The position numbers and the translations under genes were made by a program. The notes under the pieces were generated by a model, which was given only the letters and a program-made list of their open reading frames with translations, was not told the origin of the DNA and searched no databases. From Ignavibacteria bacterium (GTDB lineage: Bacteria > Bacteroidota > Ignavibacteria > Kapaibacteriales > UBA2268), in contig JAAYTD010000002.1 in the NCBI GenBank assembly GCA_012518115.1, positions 13,710 to 77,709 on the forward strand: a DNA stretch of 64,000 nucleotides. The letters are read 5' to 3'. Below are positions 55,672 through 64,000 of the stretch, piece by piece (positions within the stretch are counted from its first letter, which is position 1; every line of letters begins with the position of its first letter).

Positions 55672-55679
55672 ATATTTTT
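55672..55679 (+). promoter_or_regulatory. Candidate -7 promoter element (TATTTTTG) of sRNA-like unit 1
   Basis: It matches TAnnTTTG and lies about 80 nt upstream of terminator 55760-55797. No protein-coding ORF of meaningful size lies between them. Confidence 0.3.
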
Positions 55680-55759
55680 GTAGTACGAAAAAGAAATTGT
55701 TTCTTTTGGCTGTTGTATTTCAGTCGACCTCGTATTTAGTTGGTAAAAAAAAATGTTTG

Positions 55760-55797
55760 CAAAAGAGCTAGATTTTCGGCTCTTTTGTTTTTTTTTT
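55760..55797 (+). terminator. Intrinsic terminator of sRNA-like unit 1
   Basis: aaaagagc-tagattttcg-gctctttt is followed by g plus 12 T. Confidence 0.7.
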
Positions 55798-55818
55798 TGC
55801 TTTTCTTGTTATTTTTGC

Positions 55819-55826
55819 TTATATTT
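55819..55826 (+). promoter_or_regulatory. Candidate -7 promoter element (TATATTTG) of sRNA-like unit 2
   Basis: It matches TAnnTTTG and lies about 90 nt upstream of terminator 55917-55949. Confidence 0.3.
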
Positions 55827-55916
55827 GTAGTGAAAAAATATTTATTTTTTTTCATTTTAATTTGATATTGATATGTTTCATATCAATATTTTTCCTTAAA
55901 GTTTTATAAAAATCCG

Positions 55917-55949
55917 CAAAAGAGCTGAGTTTTCGGCTCTTTTGTTTTT
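55917..55949 (+). terminator. Intrinsic terminator of sRNA-like unit 2 (paralog of 55760-55797)
   Basis: aaaagagc-tgagttttcg-gctctttt is followed by gtttttt. It has the same stem as unit 1, with two loop differences. Confidence 0.7.
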
Positions 55950-55980
55950 TAAAACTTTTTACTTTTTGTAAAAAGACAAC

Positions 55981-56085
55981 TACACCCTCCCCTGTTTCAC
56001 TAAAATGAAAGCAAAAACCCTCATCTAGAACTCTCAAAAGGAGAATTTTTCGCTCAGCGAAGTTAGAAAAATTCCCTTCAGAACA
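55981..56085. repeat. Hairpin-module repeat (locus F2)
   Basis: The degenerate U1 (reverse) reads tacaccctcccctg...ctctcaaaaggagaatttttcgctcagcgaag. A U2 fragment aaaattcccttcag is also present. Confidence 0.65.
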
Positions 56086-56094
56086 AAATGATAT

Positions 56095-56134
56095 AAAATA
56101 AAAGCTGCTAGAAAAACATATAATTTCTAACAGC
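56095..56134 (-). terminator. ribBA terminator
   Basis: On the minus strand, gctgttagaaa-(9 nt)-tttctagcagc (one G-U pair) is followed by ttttatttt, directly after the ribBA stop. Confidence 0.6.
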
Positions 56135-56158
56135 CTTATTTATTTTATGCTTATACTT

Positions 56159-57361
56159 CTAAATATTTTTTAGAATATGCCCCATTTTCTCTTTTTTAGT
56201 CTGCATATAAAAGCAATTATATTTATTTGTCGGTAATTCAATTGGAATTTGCTCTACAACTTTTAATCCATAGCTTTCTAATCCGACACGTTTTTTTGGA
56301 TTGTTTGTCATAAGCTTCATTTCTCTTACGCCTAAAGCACGCAAAATTTGTGCACCAATTCCGTAATCTCTTGGATCAGCGGGAAAACCTAATTCTAAAT
56401 TTGCATCAACAGTATCAAAACCTTCTTCATCTTGTAATTGATATGCACGCACTTTATTTAGAAGTCCTATTCCCCTACCTTCCTGACGCATATAAAGTAC
56501 CACTCCCGAACCATTTTCTTCTATCATTTCCATAGATTTATGCAGTTGGCTACTACAATCGCAGCGTAAAGAACCAAAAACATCACCTGTTAAGCATTCG
56601 GAATGAACACGCACAAGAGTTGGTTTATCGGGAGTTATTTCTCCTTTTACCAAAGCTACATGCTCTAAATTGTCAAGTAAGTTTTTAAAGCCGAGAAGTT
56701 TAAAAGTTCCGAATTTTGTCGGTAAATTAGCTTTAGCTACACATTTAACAAGAGTTTCTTTCGCTATACGATAGGCTATCAAATCTTTGACTGAAATAAT
56801 TTTCATATCATATTTTTTAGCTAATTCTTTTAATTCAGGCAAACGTGCCATTGTGCCGTCGTCATTTAGAATTTCAATTAGCGCTCCCGCTGGATAAAGT
56901 CCTGCTAAACGTGCTAAATCAACAGCTGCTTCAGTATGTCCTGCACGAACTAAAACGCCACCTTTCCTTGCACGCAACGGATTAATATGTCCGGGTCTGC
57001 CAAAATCTTTTGCTTGCATTTTAGGATTAGCTAAAGCATTTATTGTTGAAGCACGGTCAAATGCTGAAACTCCTGTAGAACAACCATGCTCAAGCAAATC
57101 TACAGTTACAGTAAATGGTGTTTCATGTAACGAAGTATTATTTGCAGATTGCATCTCTAAATTAAGTTCAGAACATCTTTCTTCTGTTATAGGCGTACAA
57201 AGTACTCCACGCCCGTATCTCATCATAAAATTAACTTTCTCAGGAGTTACTTTTTCTGCTGCAATTATAAAATCACCTTCATTTTCACGGTCTTCATCAT
57301 CAACTACAATAACAATTTTTCCATCTTTAATGTCTTGTAGCGCTTCTTCTATTTTATTCAT
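56159..57361 (-). CDS. ribBA: Bifunctional 3,4-dihydroxy-2-butanone-4-phosphate synthase / GTP cyclohydrolase II
   Basis: [12 protein letters not shown] and [13 protein letters not shown] are RibB motifs. [20 protein letters not shown] and [10 protein letters not shown] are RibA motifs. The protein is 400 aa. Confidence 0.95.
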   Translation of the reverse strand: MNKIEEALQDIKDGKIVIVVDDEDRENEGDFIIAAEKVTPEKVNFMMRYGRGVLCTPITEERCSELNLEMQSANNTSLHETPFTVTVDLLEHGCSTGVSAFDRASTINALANPKMQAKDFGRPGHINPLRARKGGVLVRAGHTEAAVDLARLAGLYPAGALIEILNDDGTMARLPELKELAKKYDMKIISVKDLIAYRIAKETLVKCVAKANLPTKFGTFKLLGFKNLLDNLEHVALVKGEITPDKPTLVRVHSECLTGDVFGSLRCDCSSQLHKSMEMIEENGSGVVLYMRQEGRGIGLLNKVRAYQLQDEEGFDTVDANLELGFPADPRDYGIGAQILRALGVREMKLMTNNPKKRVGLESYGLKVVEQIPIELPTNKYNCFYMQTKKEKMGHILKNI

Positions 57362-57497
57362 TTTTCTTTTATCTAATTATTTGTATAATATTGATATAAA
57401 TTACAAAAATACAAAAAAGATTTGAATATAAATATAAAAATATATCTTATTTAATAATTTTTTCATAAAACCTATAAATAATATCAAGTATTTTTAG

Positions 57498-57505
57498 TAT
57501 TTTTG
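57498..57505 (+). promoter_or_regulatory. Candidate -7 promoter element (TATTTTTG)
   Basis: It matches TAnnTTTG and lies about 30 nt upstream of the ATG at 57535. Confidence 0.3.
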
Positions 57506-57534
57506 TTATTCTTATAATTTACTATTTATATGTT

Positions 57535-58278
57535 ATGGCTGAAGAAACTTATTTTGTATTCGATATTGAGACTGCTCCTACCGATTGGGACGCTTTAAGC
57601 GATAGCCAAAAAGAATATTGGTTACGTGGCACAAATACTGACGAAGAAATTCAAGAAAGAATGTTTTTGCGTTCTCTTACCCCGCTAACGGCAAGAATTG
57701 TATGTATAGCTTGTATGGTTATGCAAAAAGTAGGACAAGATTGGAGTATGTTAAAGCAAGGAGTTTTATCAACTAATCCAAATTTAGAGGATTTACAAGA
57801 ATATGATAAAATTCTTGTAAATGATGTTAAGATGAAACTATGTTCCGAAAAACAAGTAATAGAAGATTTTTGGAAATTACTTATTTATTACAAAAATCCT
57901 ACTTTAGTAAGTTTTAATGGTAGAAATTTTGATGTGCCGTTTGTTATGCTGCGTTCTGCTTATTATAAAATTCGTCCTAAATATAACTTAATGGCTGGAA
58001 CAAAATTTAACTATCCAAATCATATTGACTTGATTGATGAATTAACTTTTTTTTCTCCGACACAGTATGGAGCTACTAAAAGATTTAATTTTGATTTCTA
58101 TGCTCATAGCTTCGGTATTACCTCACCTAAAGCACAAGGAATTGATGGCTCTTTAGTTCCTGAATTTTTTGCACAAGGAAAAATAGAAGAAATTTCTGAA
58201 TATTGTATGCGTGATGTTGTTGCAACTTGGGAGTTATTTAAGTTTTGGAACGATTATTTAAACTTTAAAAAATATTAA
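57535..58278 (+). CDS. RNase H-like fold 3'-5' exonuclease (PolB-exonuclease-like domain protein)
   Basis: FVFDIETAP is an ExoI-like DxE motif. SFNGRNFDVPF is ExoII-like. EYCMRDVVAT is ExoIII-like (YxxxD). This is a motif-level call only. Confidence 0.55.
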   Translation: MAEETYFVFDIETAPTDWDALSDSQKEYWLRGTNTDEEIQERMFLRSLTPLTARIVCIACMVMQKVGQDWSMLKQGVLSTNPNLEDLQEYDKILVNDVKMKLCSEKQVIEDFWKLLIYYKNPTLVSFNGRNFDVPFVMLRSAYYKIRPKYNLMAGTKFNYPNHIDLIDELTFFSPTQYGATKRFNFDFYAHSFGITSPKAQGIDGSLVPEFFAQGKIEEISEYCMRDVVATWELFKFWNDYLNFKKY

Positions 58279-58286
58279 TTATAAAT

Positions 58287-59447
58287 ATGAAAGAAATAGA
58301 ACAAAAAAACATAAAATCAGATGCTTCTTATTTATTTGCACTTATCTATAAACATAAAGTTTTTATTACAGTTGTAACTTTAGTAGCAGCTATTGTTTCT
58401 GTGATAGTATCGCTGCTTTTACCGGTCTGGTATGCTTCAACTGTTAATTGTGTTCCACCACAAGAATCAGGCAGTAACTTTAGCAGTGGACTGTCTGGTT
58501 TGAGTTCCGTAATGAAAGATTTTGGATTATCTAGAATTGGTGGAAAATCTACTCAAGAATACACAATGTTTGTTTTCCTAGAAAGTCGCACCGTTATTGA
58601 TTCTGTAATCAAAAAATATGATTTAGCTAAAGTATATGATATTCCCGATTCATTGATGACAGAGGTACGAAAAGAGTTTCTAGACAACCGTAGTATTGAA
58701 TATACAGATGAAGGCAATTTTGAGATTACAATTTGGGATACCGATAGAAAACGTGCTGCTGATATAGCTAATGATTATATAAAAATTACTAATCATGTAG
58801 CAAATAAAACTTACAAAGAAGAATTAGAAGTTAATTTAAACTATATAAACAATCGTATTTCTTCCATCGATTCTATGATCACTGTAATATCTGCCGAATT
58901 ATCAAAAATTTCTAAAGATAATTTAATGTTCTCACCTGAAGAACAAGCACAATCAGCAAGTAAAGTTTTAGCAGAATTGAAATCTTATGCTTTTCAATAT
59001 GAAATTTTTTATGATTTTTACAAAAAAAATTATGGTGAAGACGACCCAACTACTCAGTTAGCTAAAGAAATGTTTGATGCTGCAAATAGCAAAATTGATG
59101 ATGCTTTTAATAAACCCGGATTAGTTGGAAATTTTTCTTTGCAAGAAACAACTCCTATCGCTGTTGATTATTTAACTAAGTATGCAGATATTGAAGCACT
59201 TACAAAAACTAAAGCTTTGTTAGTAACAACATTAGAAAAAACTATTATTGATAGCAGAAAACATATCAGTAATTTTTTTGTTATAGATAAAGCTATTCCC
59301 GCTGATAAAAAAGACAAACCTAAACGTGCTTTTATCGTAGCTGGTTCAACAATAGGTGCTTTTGTATTGGCTGTGTTTATTCTATTACTTGTAAATAGTT
59401 TTAAGCTTGCGAAAAAAAACATGAAAGAAATAGATACGAAAAATTAG
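58287..59447 (+). CDS. Wzz-like polysaccharide chain-length determinant protein
   Basis: An N-terminal TM helix follows a short cytoplasmic segment. A long coiled-coil periplasmic region and a C-terminal TM helix (AFIVAGSTIGAFVLAVFILLLV) are present. The gene is adjacent to the O-antigen ligase-like gene. Confidence 0.5.
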   Translation: MKEIEQKNIKSDASYLFALIYKHKVFITVVTLVAAIVSVIVSLLLPVWYASTVNCVPPQESGSNFSSGLSGLSSVMKDFGLSRIGGKSTQEYTMFVFLESRTVIDSVIKKYDLAKVYDIPDSLMTEVRKEFLDNRSIEYTDEGNFEITIWDTDRKRAADIANDYIKITNHVANKTYKEELEVNLNYINNRISSIDSMITVISAELSKISKDNLMFSPEEQAQSASKVLAELKSYAFQYEIFYDFYKKNYGEDDPTTQLAKEMFDAANSKIDDAFNKPGLVGNFSLQETTPIAVDYLTKYADIEALTKTKALLVTTLEKTIIDSRKHISNFFVIDKAIPADKKDKPKRAFIVAGSTIGAFVLAVFILLLVNSFKLAKKNMKEIDTKN

Positions 59448-59492
59448 TTTTTCTGCAACATTATCTAACAAATTTATCATTTATAAAAAACA

Positions 59493-60917
59493 ATGCCTTT
59501 ACAAAAATTATATGAAATAGATTCCAAACTTTCACCAGCTATAGTTATCTTAACTCTTTTATTATTTTCAGGATTTTTTGCTTTAGGAATTTATTTTCAT
59601 ATTGAGTTATATGTTTTTTTAGGGGTAACTGCCTTGCCGCTAATGTGGGCTATGGTCAATTATCCTCGCGTTTGGATTTACTTTATTGTTATTATGTTTA
59701 TTGTTTTTTTCCGCGGCGGAGAAACAGAACTTAATGCAACACATATTTTAGCAGCACTATTTTATGACTTATTCTTAATAGTTTGGTTTATTAACAAGTT
59801 GCTCATTAGACGCGAAAAAATTACTCGTGGTATTCACGATCAAATAATTTTATTTTTTTATGGAGTTTTATTATTCCACTCTATAGTTTCAATAAGCCAT
59901 GGTGTAGAATTAATTGATTGGTTACGTGAATATTTTTCTATTTCACTAATACTTTACTACTTCCCGATACGTGAGTATTTTACAGAAAAAAAGCATATTC
60001 TTCATTTGCTATTTTTAATTGGTTTTGTAACAATTATTCTTGATTTTTACGCTTTTTATAATTATTATAACATTCTTAAAGATATAACTTATGCCTATCA
60101 ATTTGCAAGTACTATACGTATCAATCAACAACTTTATGTTGCTGTTGCTTTAGGCGGAATAGCGTTTTTCTTTTATTTTAAGAAATGGCGATATAAACTA
60201 TTTTCTGCTTTAGTTGCAGGATTTACTATTGCTGCTTTAGTTTCAACTTTATCTCGTGCTTTTTGGGTTTCACTGTTTGGCATAATATTCATATTTATAC
60301 TCTACTTACGAATAAAACAAGTTGTTCAATTACTTACTTTTGTTTTAGTTGCAACAAGCATTTTTGTCGTAACTTTGAACACGTATATGCCTGATAAAGC
60401 TAACATGTTCTATAAATATCTTTCTAAAAGATTAATTTCTACAGGTAAAGGAAAGAAAGATATTTCAATAAGAGCGCGTCTCTATGAATATCGTGAAGTC
60501 GTTAAAGGTATAGAAAAAAGTCCTGTTTGGGGAAACGGTTTAAGACATGAATTTATGTTTTATTCAAATTTATCCCAAACCTCAGCGCGAACATCTTTTG
60601 TACATAACGGATATTTAGGTATCGCTTATAAAACAGGCATTCCATTAGCTATCGCATTCTACTTACCTATATTGCTATATTTAATACAAGGATTTCTTGT
60701 TTCTATAAGAACAAGTTCGTATTTACATAAAACTTTAGCAATTTGCGGAATGTTATCCTTGCTTATGCTATTTGCAACAAATTTTGTAACCTCAAGTTTC
60801 TTATTTAAAGATGGACTTATGGTTACTGCCTTAGCAATTGCTTTTATAAGTATTGCAACGGAAAACTATGAAAAAGAAAAATATTCAACTTTAATAAATA
60901 AAAAAAACTATGAATAA
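59493..60917 (+). CDS. O-antigen ligase/polymerase family membrane protein (Wzy_C-like)
   Basis: The protein is polytopic with 10 or more TM helices. It has STLSRAFWVSLFG and a periplasmic loop with NGLRHEF...HNGYLGIAYKTG, typical of the O-antigen ligase domain. Confidence 0.6.
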   Translation: MPLQKLYEIDSKLSPAIVILTLLLFSGFFALGIYFHIELYVFLGVTALPLMWAMVNYPRVWIYFIVIMFIVFFRGGETELNATHILAALFYDLFLIVWFINKLLIRREKITRGIHDQIILFFYGVLLFHSIVSISHGVELIDWLREYFSISLILYYFPIREYFTEKKHILHLLFLIGFVTIILDFYAFYNYYNILKDITYAYQFASTIRINQQLYVAVALGGIAFFFYFKKWRYKLFSALVAGFTIAALVSTLSRAFWVSLFGIIFIFILYLRIKQVVQLLTFVLVATSIFVVTLNTYMPDKANMFYKYLSKRLISTGKGKKDISIRARLYEYREVVKGIEKSPVWGNGLRHEFMFYSNLSQTSARTSFVHNGYLGIAYKTGIPLAIAFYLPILLYLIQGFLVSIRTSSYLHKTLAICGMLSLLMLFATNFVTSSFLFKDGLMVTALAIAFISIATENYEKEKYSTLINKKNYE

Positions 60918-61725
60918 ACTATTATTATTACCAATCACTTTGTTATTATTTACAGCTTGCTCTAAAAATAAAGAAGAAATTGAACAAGCACCGAAAGCAA
61001 AAACGATATCGCTTGCTTCTACTGATTCTAAAAGCAATGACACTTTGTTTTTCTCTGATATTATGTGGCGTATTAGCGAAACAGAAGGAAGTATAAACGA
61101 TGAAATTATTCCATCAAAAGCTGACAATGTCTTTTTAGATAGTCTCGGAAGATTACACTTGCGAATGACTAAACAAAGCGGTGGATTTTATGGGGCGGAA
61201 ATTACTGCCGATACTCTTTTTGATTTAGGAAAATTTACTTTTGAAATCGCTAGCGACTTAGCTAAGTTACCTAAAAATGTGGAATTACGTTTCAGATCAA
61301 TTAATCCAAACGAGATTATTAAAAATGGATTGACTGAAACAGGAATATCTATTAGCTATGAAAATTCAAGCAAAGCATCACCAATTAAGTATTATTCCAT
61401 AAATACCAATTCAAAAGAAATAGAAAAAGTTTATTCCGAAAAAGCTTTTGTGAATAAAAATGTTAAATTTAGAATTATAATGGTCAAAGATGCTGTTTCT
61501 TATGTTTTTTCTGCCAATAATAAAAATATTGAAGAAATAACAAATTCTAAGTACACTAAAAATAGTAATCTTACTTTCTTTACGCCTTCTACAAAGCAAA
61601 AGTTAGTAATATCGGCTTACTATTTTGATGGAAGTGAAAAAGCAGAAGAATTTGAAGTTATTATTTCAAAAGTTAAAACAAAATCTATATTAGAAACACA
61701 AGACAATCTAATAACAAAAAAATAA
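60910..61725 (+). CDS. Lipoprotein of unknown function
   Basis: The lipobox-like signal is LLLFTACSKN. The gene overlaps the upstream gene by 8 nt (ATGAATAA). Confidence 0.5.
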   Translation: MNKLLLLPITLLLFTACSKNKEEIEQAPKAKTISLASTDSKSNDTLFFSDIMWRISETEGSINDEIIPSKADNVFLDSLGRLHLRMTKQSGGFYGAEITADTLFDLGKFTFEIASDLAKLPKNVELRFRSINPNEIIKNGLTETGISISYENSSKASPIKYYSINTNSKEIEKVYSEKAFVNKNVKFRIIMVKDAVSYVFSANNKNIEEITNSKYTKNSNLTFFTPSTKQKLVISAYYFDGSEKAEEFEVIISKVKTKSILETQDNLITKK

Positions 61726-61750
61726 ACTCAAACTATTCTTTAGAACAAAA

Positions 61751-61780
61751 AAAAACTACCTTGTTAAAAAGGTAGTTTTT
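61751..61780. terminator. Bidirectional terminator between convergent genes
   Basis: aaaaactacc-ttgttaaaaa-ggtagttttt. Confidence 0.7.
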
Positions 61781-61829
61781 AAATTCATATAGAGTACTTT
61801 ATGTATTAATTTAATTTGAACATAGTTTA

Positions 61830-63689
61830 TTACATCAATTTTTCAATTTCATCAAGATAACGATTCATCTTTTCAATTGTTTTATTTATTGGCTCTGGCT
61901 TTGACATATCAACTCCTGCTTTTTTCAAAACATTAATCGGAGTATCGGAATTACCAGCACTTAAAAAATCAAGATATCTTTTAATCGCAGGCTCGCCTTC
62001 TGTAATTATTTGCTCTGACAATGCTTGAGCAGCAGCAAATCCTGTAGAATATTGATATACGTAAAAATTATATTGAGTTATATGGTGTATTCTTGCCCAA
62101 GATAAACCTTCTTCTTCGTCTGTTTCCATATCCTCTCCCCAATAGAATTGATAACGTTCAGCAAACAATTTTGATAATTCTTCTGCCGACAAATATTCGC
62201 CTTCCTGAGCTCTCTCATGAATAACCTTTTCAAATTCTGCGAAACGCGCTTGTCTAAAAAAAGTAGCTTGTGCATTTGTTAAAAAAGTCTCATATAAAGC
62301 ACGTTTTTCTTCATTATTTTTTGCATTTTTTAATAAATAATCTAACAGAAGTGCTTCGTTTGTAGTTGAAGCTACCTCCGCTACAAATATAGAATAATCG
62401 CTATAATGGAAAGGTTGTGTTTTTTCTGTAAAATATGAATGGATATTATGCCCCATTTCATGAGCTAGTACAAAAACATCATCTAAAGTACCACCCCAGT
62501 TAAGTAGTATCCACGGATGCACTCCGCAACCACATCCATTTGAATAAGCTCCACTTCGTTTAGCTTTTGTTTCATAAACATCAATCCAACGATTATTTAG
62601 TGCCATTTCAACCGCTTCCATATATTCTTTTCCAAGTGGTGCTAAAGCTTTTTTCAAAATCTCAACACCTTCTTCATAAGTATATTGCTTAGGCGCTGTT
62701 GGAAAGAGTGTAACATAAGTATCGTAAGGATGTATTTTATCTAATTTCAGTGCCTTGCGCTTAATTTCTGCCCATCTGTGCAAAGTACCTACATTATTTT
62801 GTACACTTTTTATCAAATTGTCATAAACTGCAACAGGAATGTTGTTTTCATAAAGTGCTGCCTCAAGTGGTGATTTAAATTTACGAATATCAGCTAATGC
62901 AATTCTCGTTGCAACTCTCCCATTAAACAGTGCAGCATAAGTATTTATAAGGTCGCCATACGCTTTATATATCCCTTTATATACATCTTTTCTATACTGA
63001 CGGTCAGTAGAATAAAGTGCTGCTCTATATCTTCCGTGAGATAATTGGATATCCTCGCCAAATCGATCTTTTACTTTACCTAAAGGTAGTTCTGAATCAT
63101 TTATAACTCCATAGACTTTGTTAGGAATAGATATAACAGGTCCCATCTTGGCTATAACATTTTCTGCTTCTGCCGATAGTGTGTGCAGCTTCATTCGGAA
63201 CATTTGTTCTAAATAATATCTATATGTTTCAAGTTTTGGATTTTTTGTAATAAATTTCTTTACCGCAGAATAATCTACCGATAAAAGTTCAGGCGAAAAG
63301 AAAGAAGTTTTTGCAGAAATATCACTCGCCAATTTCTTTGTACGGTCTGACAATATTTGATTTTCACCATTACTTACATCAGTATCTGCAAGTAAAGAAG
63401 CATACATATAAAGCCTTGCAAAACGTCTCCAAAGCTCGTTATACTCCTGTAATCCTGTTAGTAAATTATCAGCCGATTTTGTAATTTTTCCTTCATGTTT
63501 TTTGAATTTATTAGAAAGATCAGTTACATCTTTAAAATCTTTCTCAAAATCTGCTTTTGATTCATACAAATCACTTAAGTTCCACTTATACTTATCATCA
63601 ATTTGATCTCTTGTTGGAACATCTTTAGCTGTTAGCATAGTAATTCCGAACATTAAAAATAAACTTGTTAAATAAATTTTTAATCGCAT
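61830..63689 (-). CDS. pepF: Oligoendopeptidase F (M3B family), probably exported
   Basis: The zinc motif is LAHEMGHNIH with a downstream E (FVAEVAST). The track start at 63746 is GTG. The ATG at 63689 gives MRLKIYLTSLFLMFGITMLTA, a signal-peptide-like N-terminus. Confidence 0.85.
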   Translation of the reverse strand: MRLKIYLTSLFLMFGITMLTAKDVPTRDQIDDKYKWNLSDLYESKADFEKDFKDVTDLSNKFKKHEGKITKSADNLLTGLQEYNELWRRFARLYMYASLLADTDVSNGENQILSDRTKKLASDISAKTSFFSPELLSVDYSAVKKFITKNPKLETYRYYLEQMFRMKLHTLSAEAENVIAKMGPVISIPNKVYGVINDSELPLGKVKDRFGEDIQLSHGRYRAALYSTDRQYRKDVYKGIYKAYGDLINTYAALFNGRVATRIALADIRKFKSPLEAALYENNIPVAVYDNLIKSVQNNVGTLHRWAEIKRKALKLDKIHPYDTYVTLFPTAPKQYTYEEGVEILKKALAPLGKEYMEAVEMALNNRWIDVYETKAKRSGAYSNGCGCGVHPWILLNWGGTLDDVFVLAHEMGHNIHSYFTEKTQPFHYSDYSIFVAEVASTTNEALLLDYLLKNAKNNEEKRALYETFLTNAQATFFRQARFAEFEKVIHERAQEGEYLSAEELSKLFAERYQFYWGEDMETDEEEGLSWARIHHITQYNFYVYQYSTGFAAAQALSEQIITEGEPAIKRYLDFLSAGNSDTPINVLKKAGVDMSKPEPINKTIEKMNRYLDEIEKLM

Positions 63690-63829
63690 AGTTTTTTTCT
63701 TCTTTAAATAATTTAAAAATATCTTATAAAAATAATAGTTTTTCACTTCAAAACAAAGAAAGTTTTGTAAAAATAAAGCGATATTTTCTATTGTTAATAA
63801 AAATATCGCCTTATAAAATAAACAAAACC

Positions 63830-64000
63830 TTATTTTTTAGTTGTTGCTAATCCTTGATCTAAGAAATCAACAAATTCTTGCATATCTCTTGTAAAAGTTT
63901 TAGTTCCAAGATGTTCACCGTCTGGTGTGATTATCACATAAAGTGGCAGTTCTATTGAACCATAGAGCTCCTGTTGCATTTTTTTATGTGAAATATAAGG
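63830..64000 (-). CDS. Thioredoxin-fold protein, C-terminal fragment (5' end outside window)
   Basis: Hand translation gives ...YGSIELPLYVIITPDGEHLGTKTFTRDMQEFVDFLDQGLATTKK*. The LPLYVIITPDGE pattern resembles the C-terminus of DsbD/thioredoxin-like proteins. The stop (TAA) is at 63830-63832. Confidence 0.4.
   Translation of the reverse strand, partial: PYISHKKMQQELYGSIELPLYVIITPDGEHLGTKTFTRDMQEFVDFLDQGLATTKK

Noticed and set aside
55754-55831. A 25-codon hydrophobic plus-strand ORF (MFAKELDFRLFCFFFCFSCYFCLYL) as a small membrane peptide gene.
   Set aside because: It is made up largely of the terminator hairpin and its poly-T tract, and the paralogous unit 2 has no equivalent ATG. It is more likely non-coding.
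57362-57534. An expected FMN (RFN) riboswitch upstream of ribBA.
   Set aside because: The region is almost pure A/T, with none of the conserved GC-rich helices of the RFN element. No structured leader is visible.
63690-63746. The N-terminal extension MKNYYFYKIFLNYLKKKKT of the PepF ORF.
   Set aside because: The extension starts at GTG and looks like translated AT-rich spacer. The ATG at 63689 yields a typical signal peptide.

Overview
This is an AT-rich chromosomal segment (about 30% GC by eye, not computed). It comes from a bacterium with a type IX secretion system, probably FCB group (Bacteroidota/Ignavibacteriota-like): six large ORFs end in Por/T9SS-type C-terminal sorting domains. All protein calls rest on motifs recognised by eye; no database or HMM search was possible.

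(1) Defence locus, nt 1-7884. It holds a 5'-truncated PLD-nuclease/SNF2-helicase fusion gene and a 1067-aa Eco57I/PglX-like N6-adenine DNA methyltransferase. Next to these lie an inverted, ATG-less alternative 3' half of that methyltransferase and a small serine recombinase. Inverted repeats of about 50 bp sit exactly over the catalytic NPPY motif. They predict a recombinase-driven inversion that swaps the target-recognition half of the enzyme. This is the most interesting system in the window.

(2) Housekeeping genes. These are tRNA-Lys(CTT), greA, an epimerase, thiH, rlmD, a batA-like gene, an SDR, lpdA, serC, dut, rsfS, argS, ribBA, pepF and a Wzz/O-antigen-ligase cluster.

(3) Secreted and T9SS cargo genes. 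These include two Ycf48/BNR-like proteins and a 1733-aa beta-propeller protein with nine Cys-pair repeat domains. There is also an HExxH metalloprotease, two tandem C10 (streptopain-family) protease-LRR paralogs, and OmpA-family proteins, one with thrombospondin type 3 repeats.

(4) Intergenic repeats. At least six intergenic sites carry mosaics of short GC-rich hairpin modules, in both orientations and in shuffled order. Two of these are colinear composites of about 330-400 bp in inverted orientation, 24 kb apart.

(5) Smaller items. These are a greA leader terminator, two tandem promoter-plus-terminator sRNA-like units, and an extremely acidic small ORF with an SSB-tail-like C-terminus.
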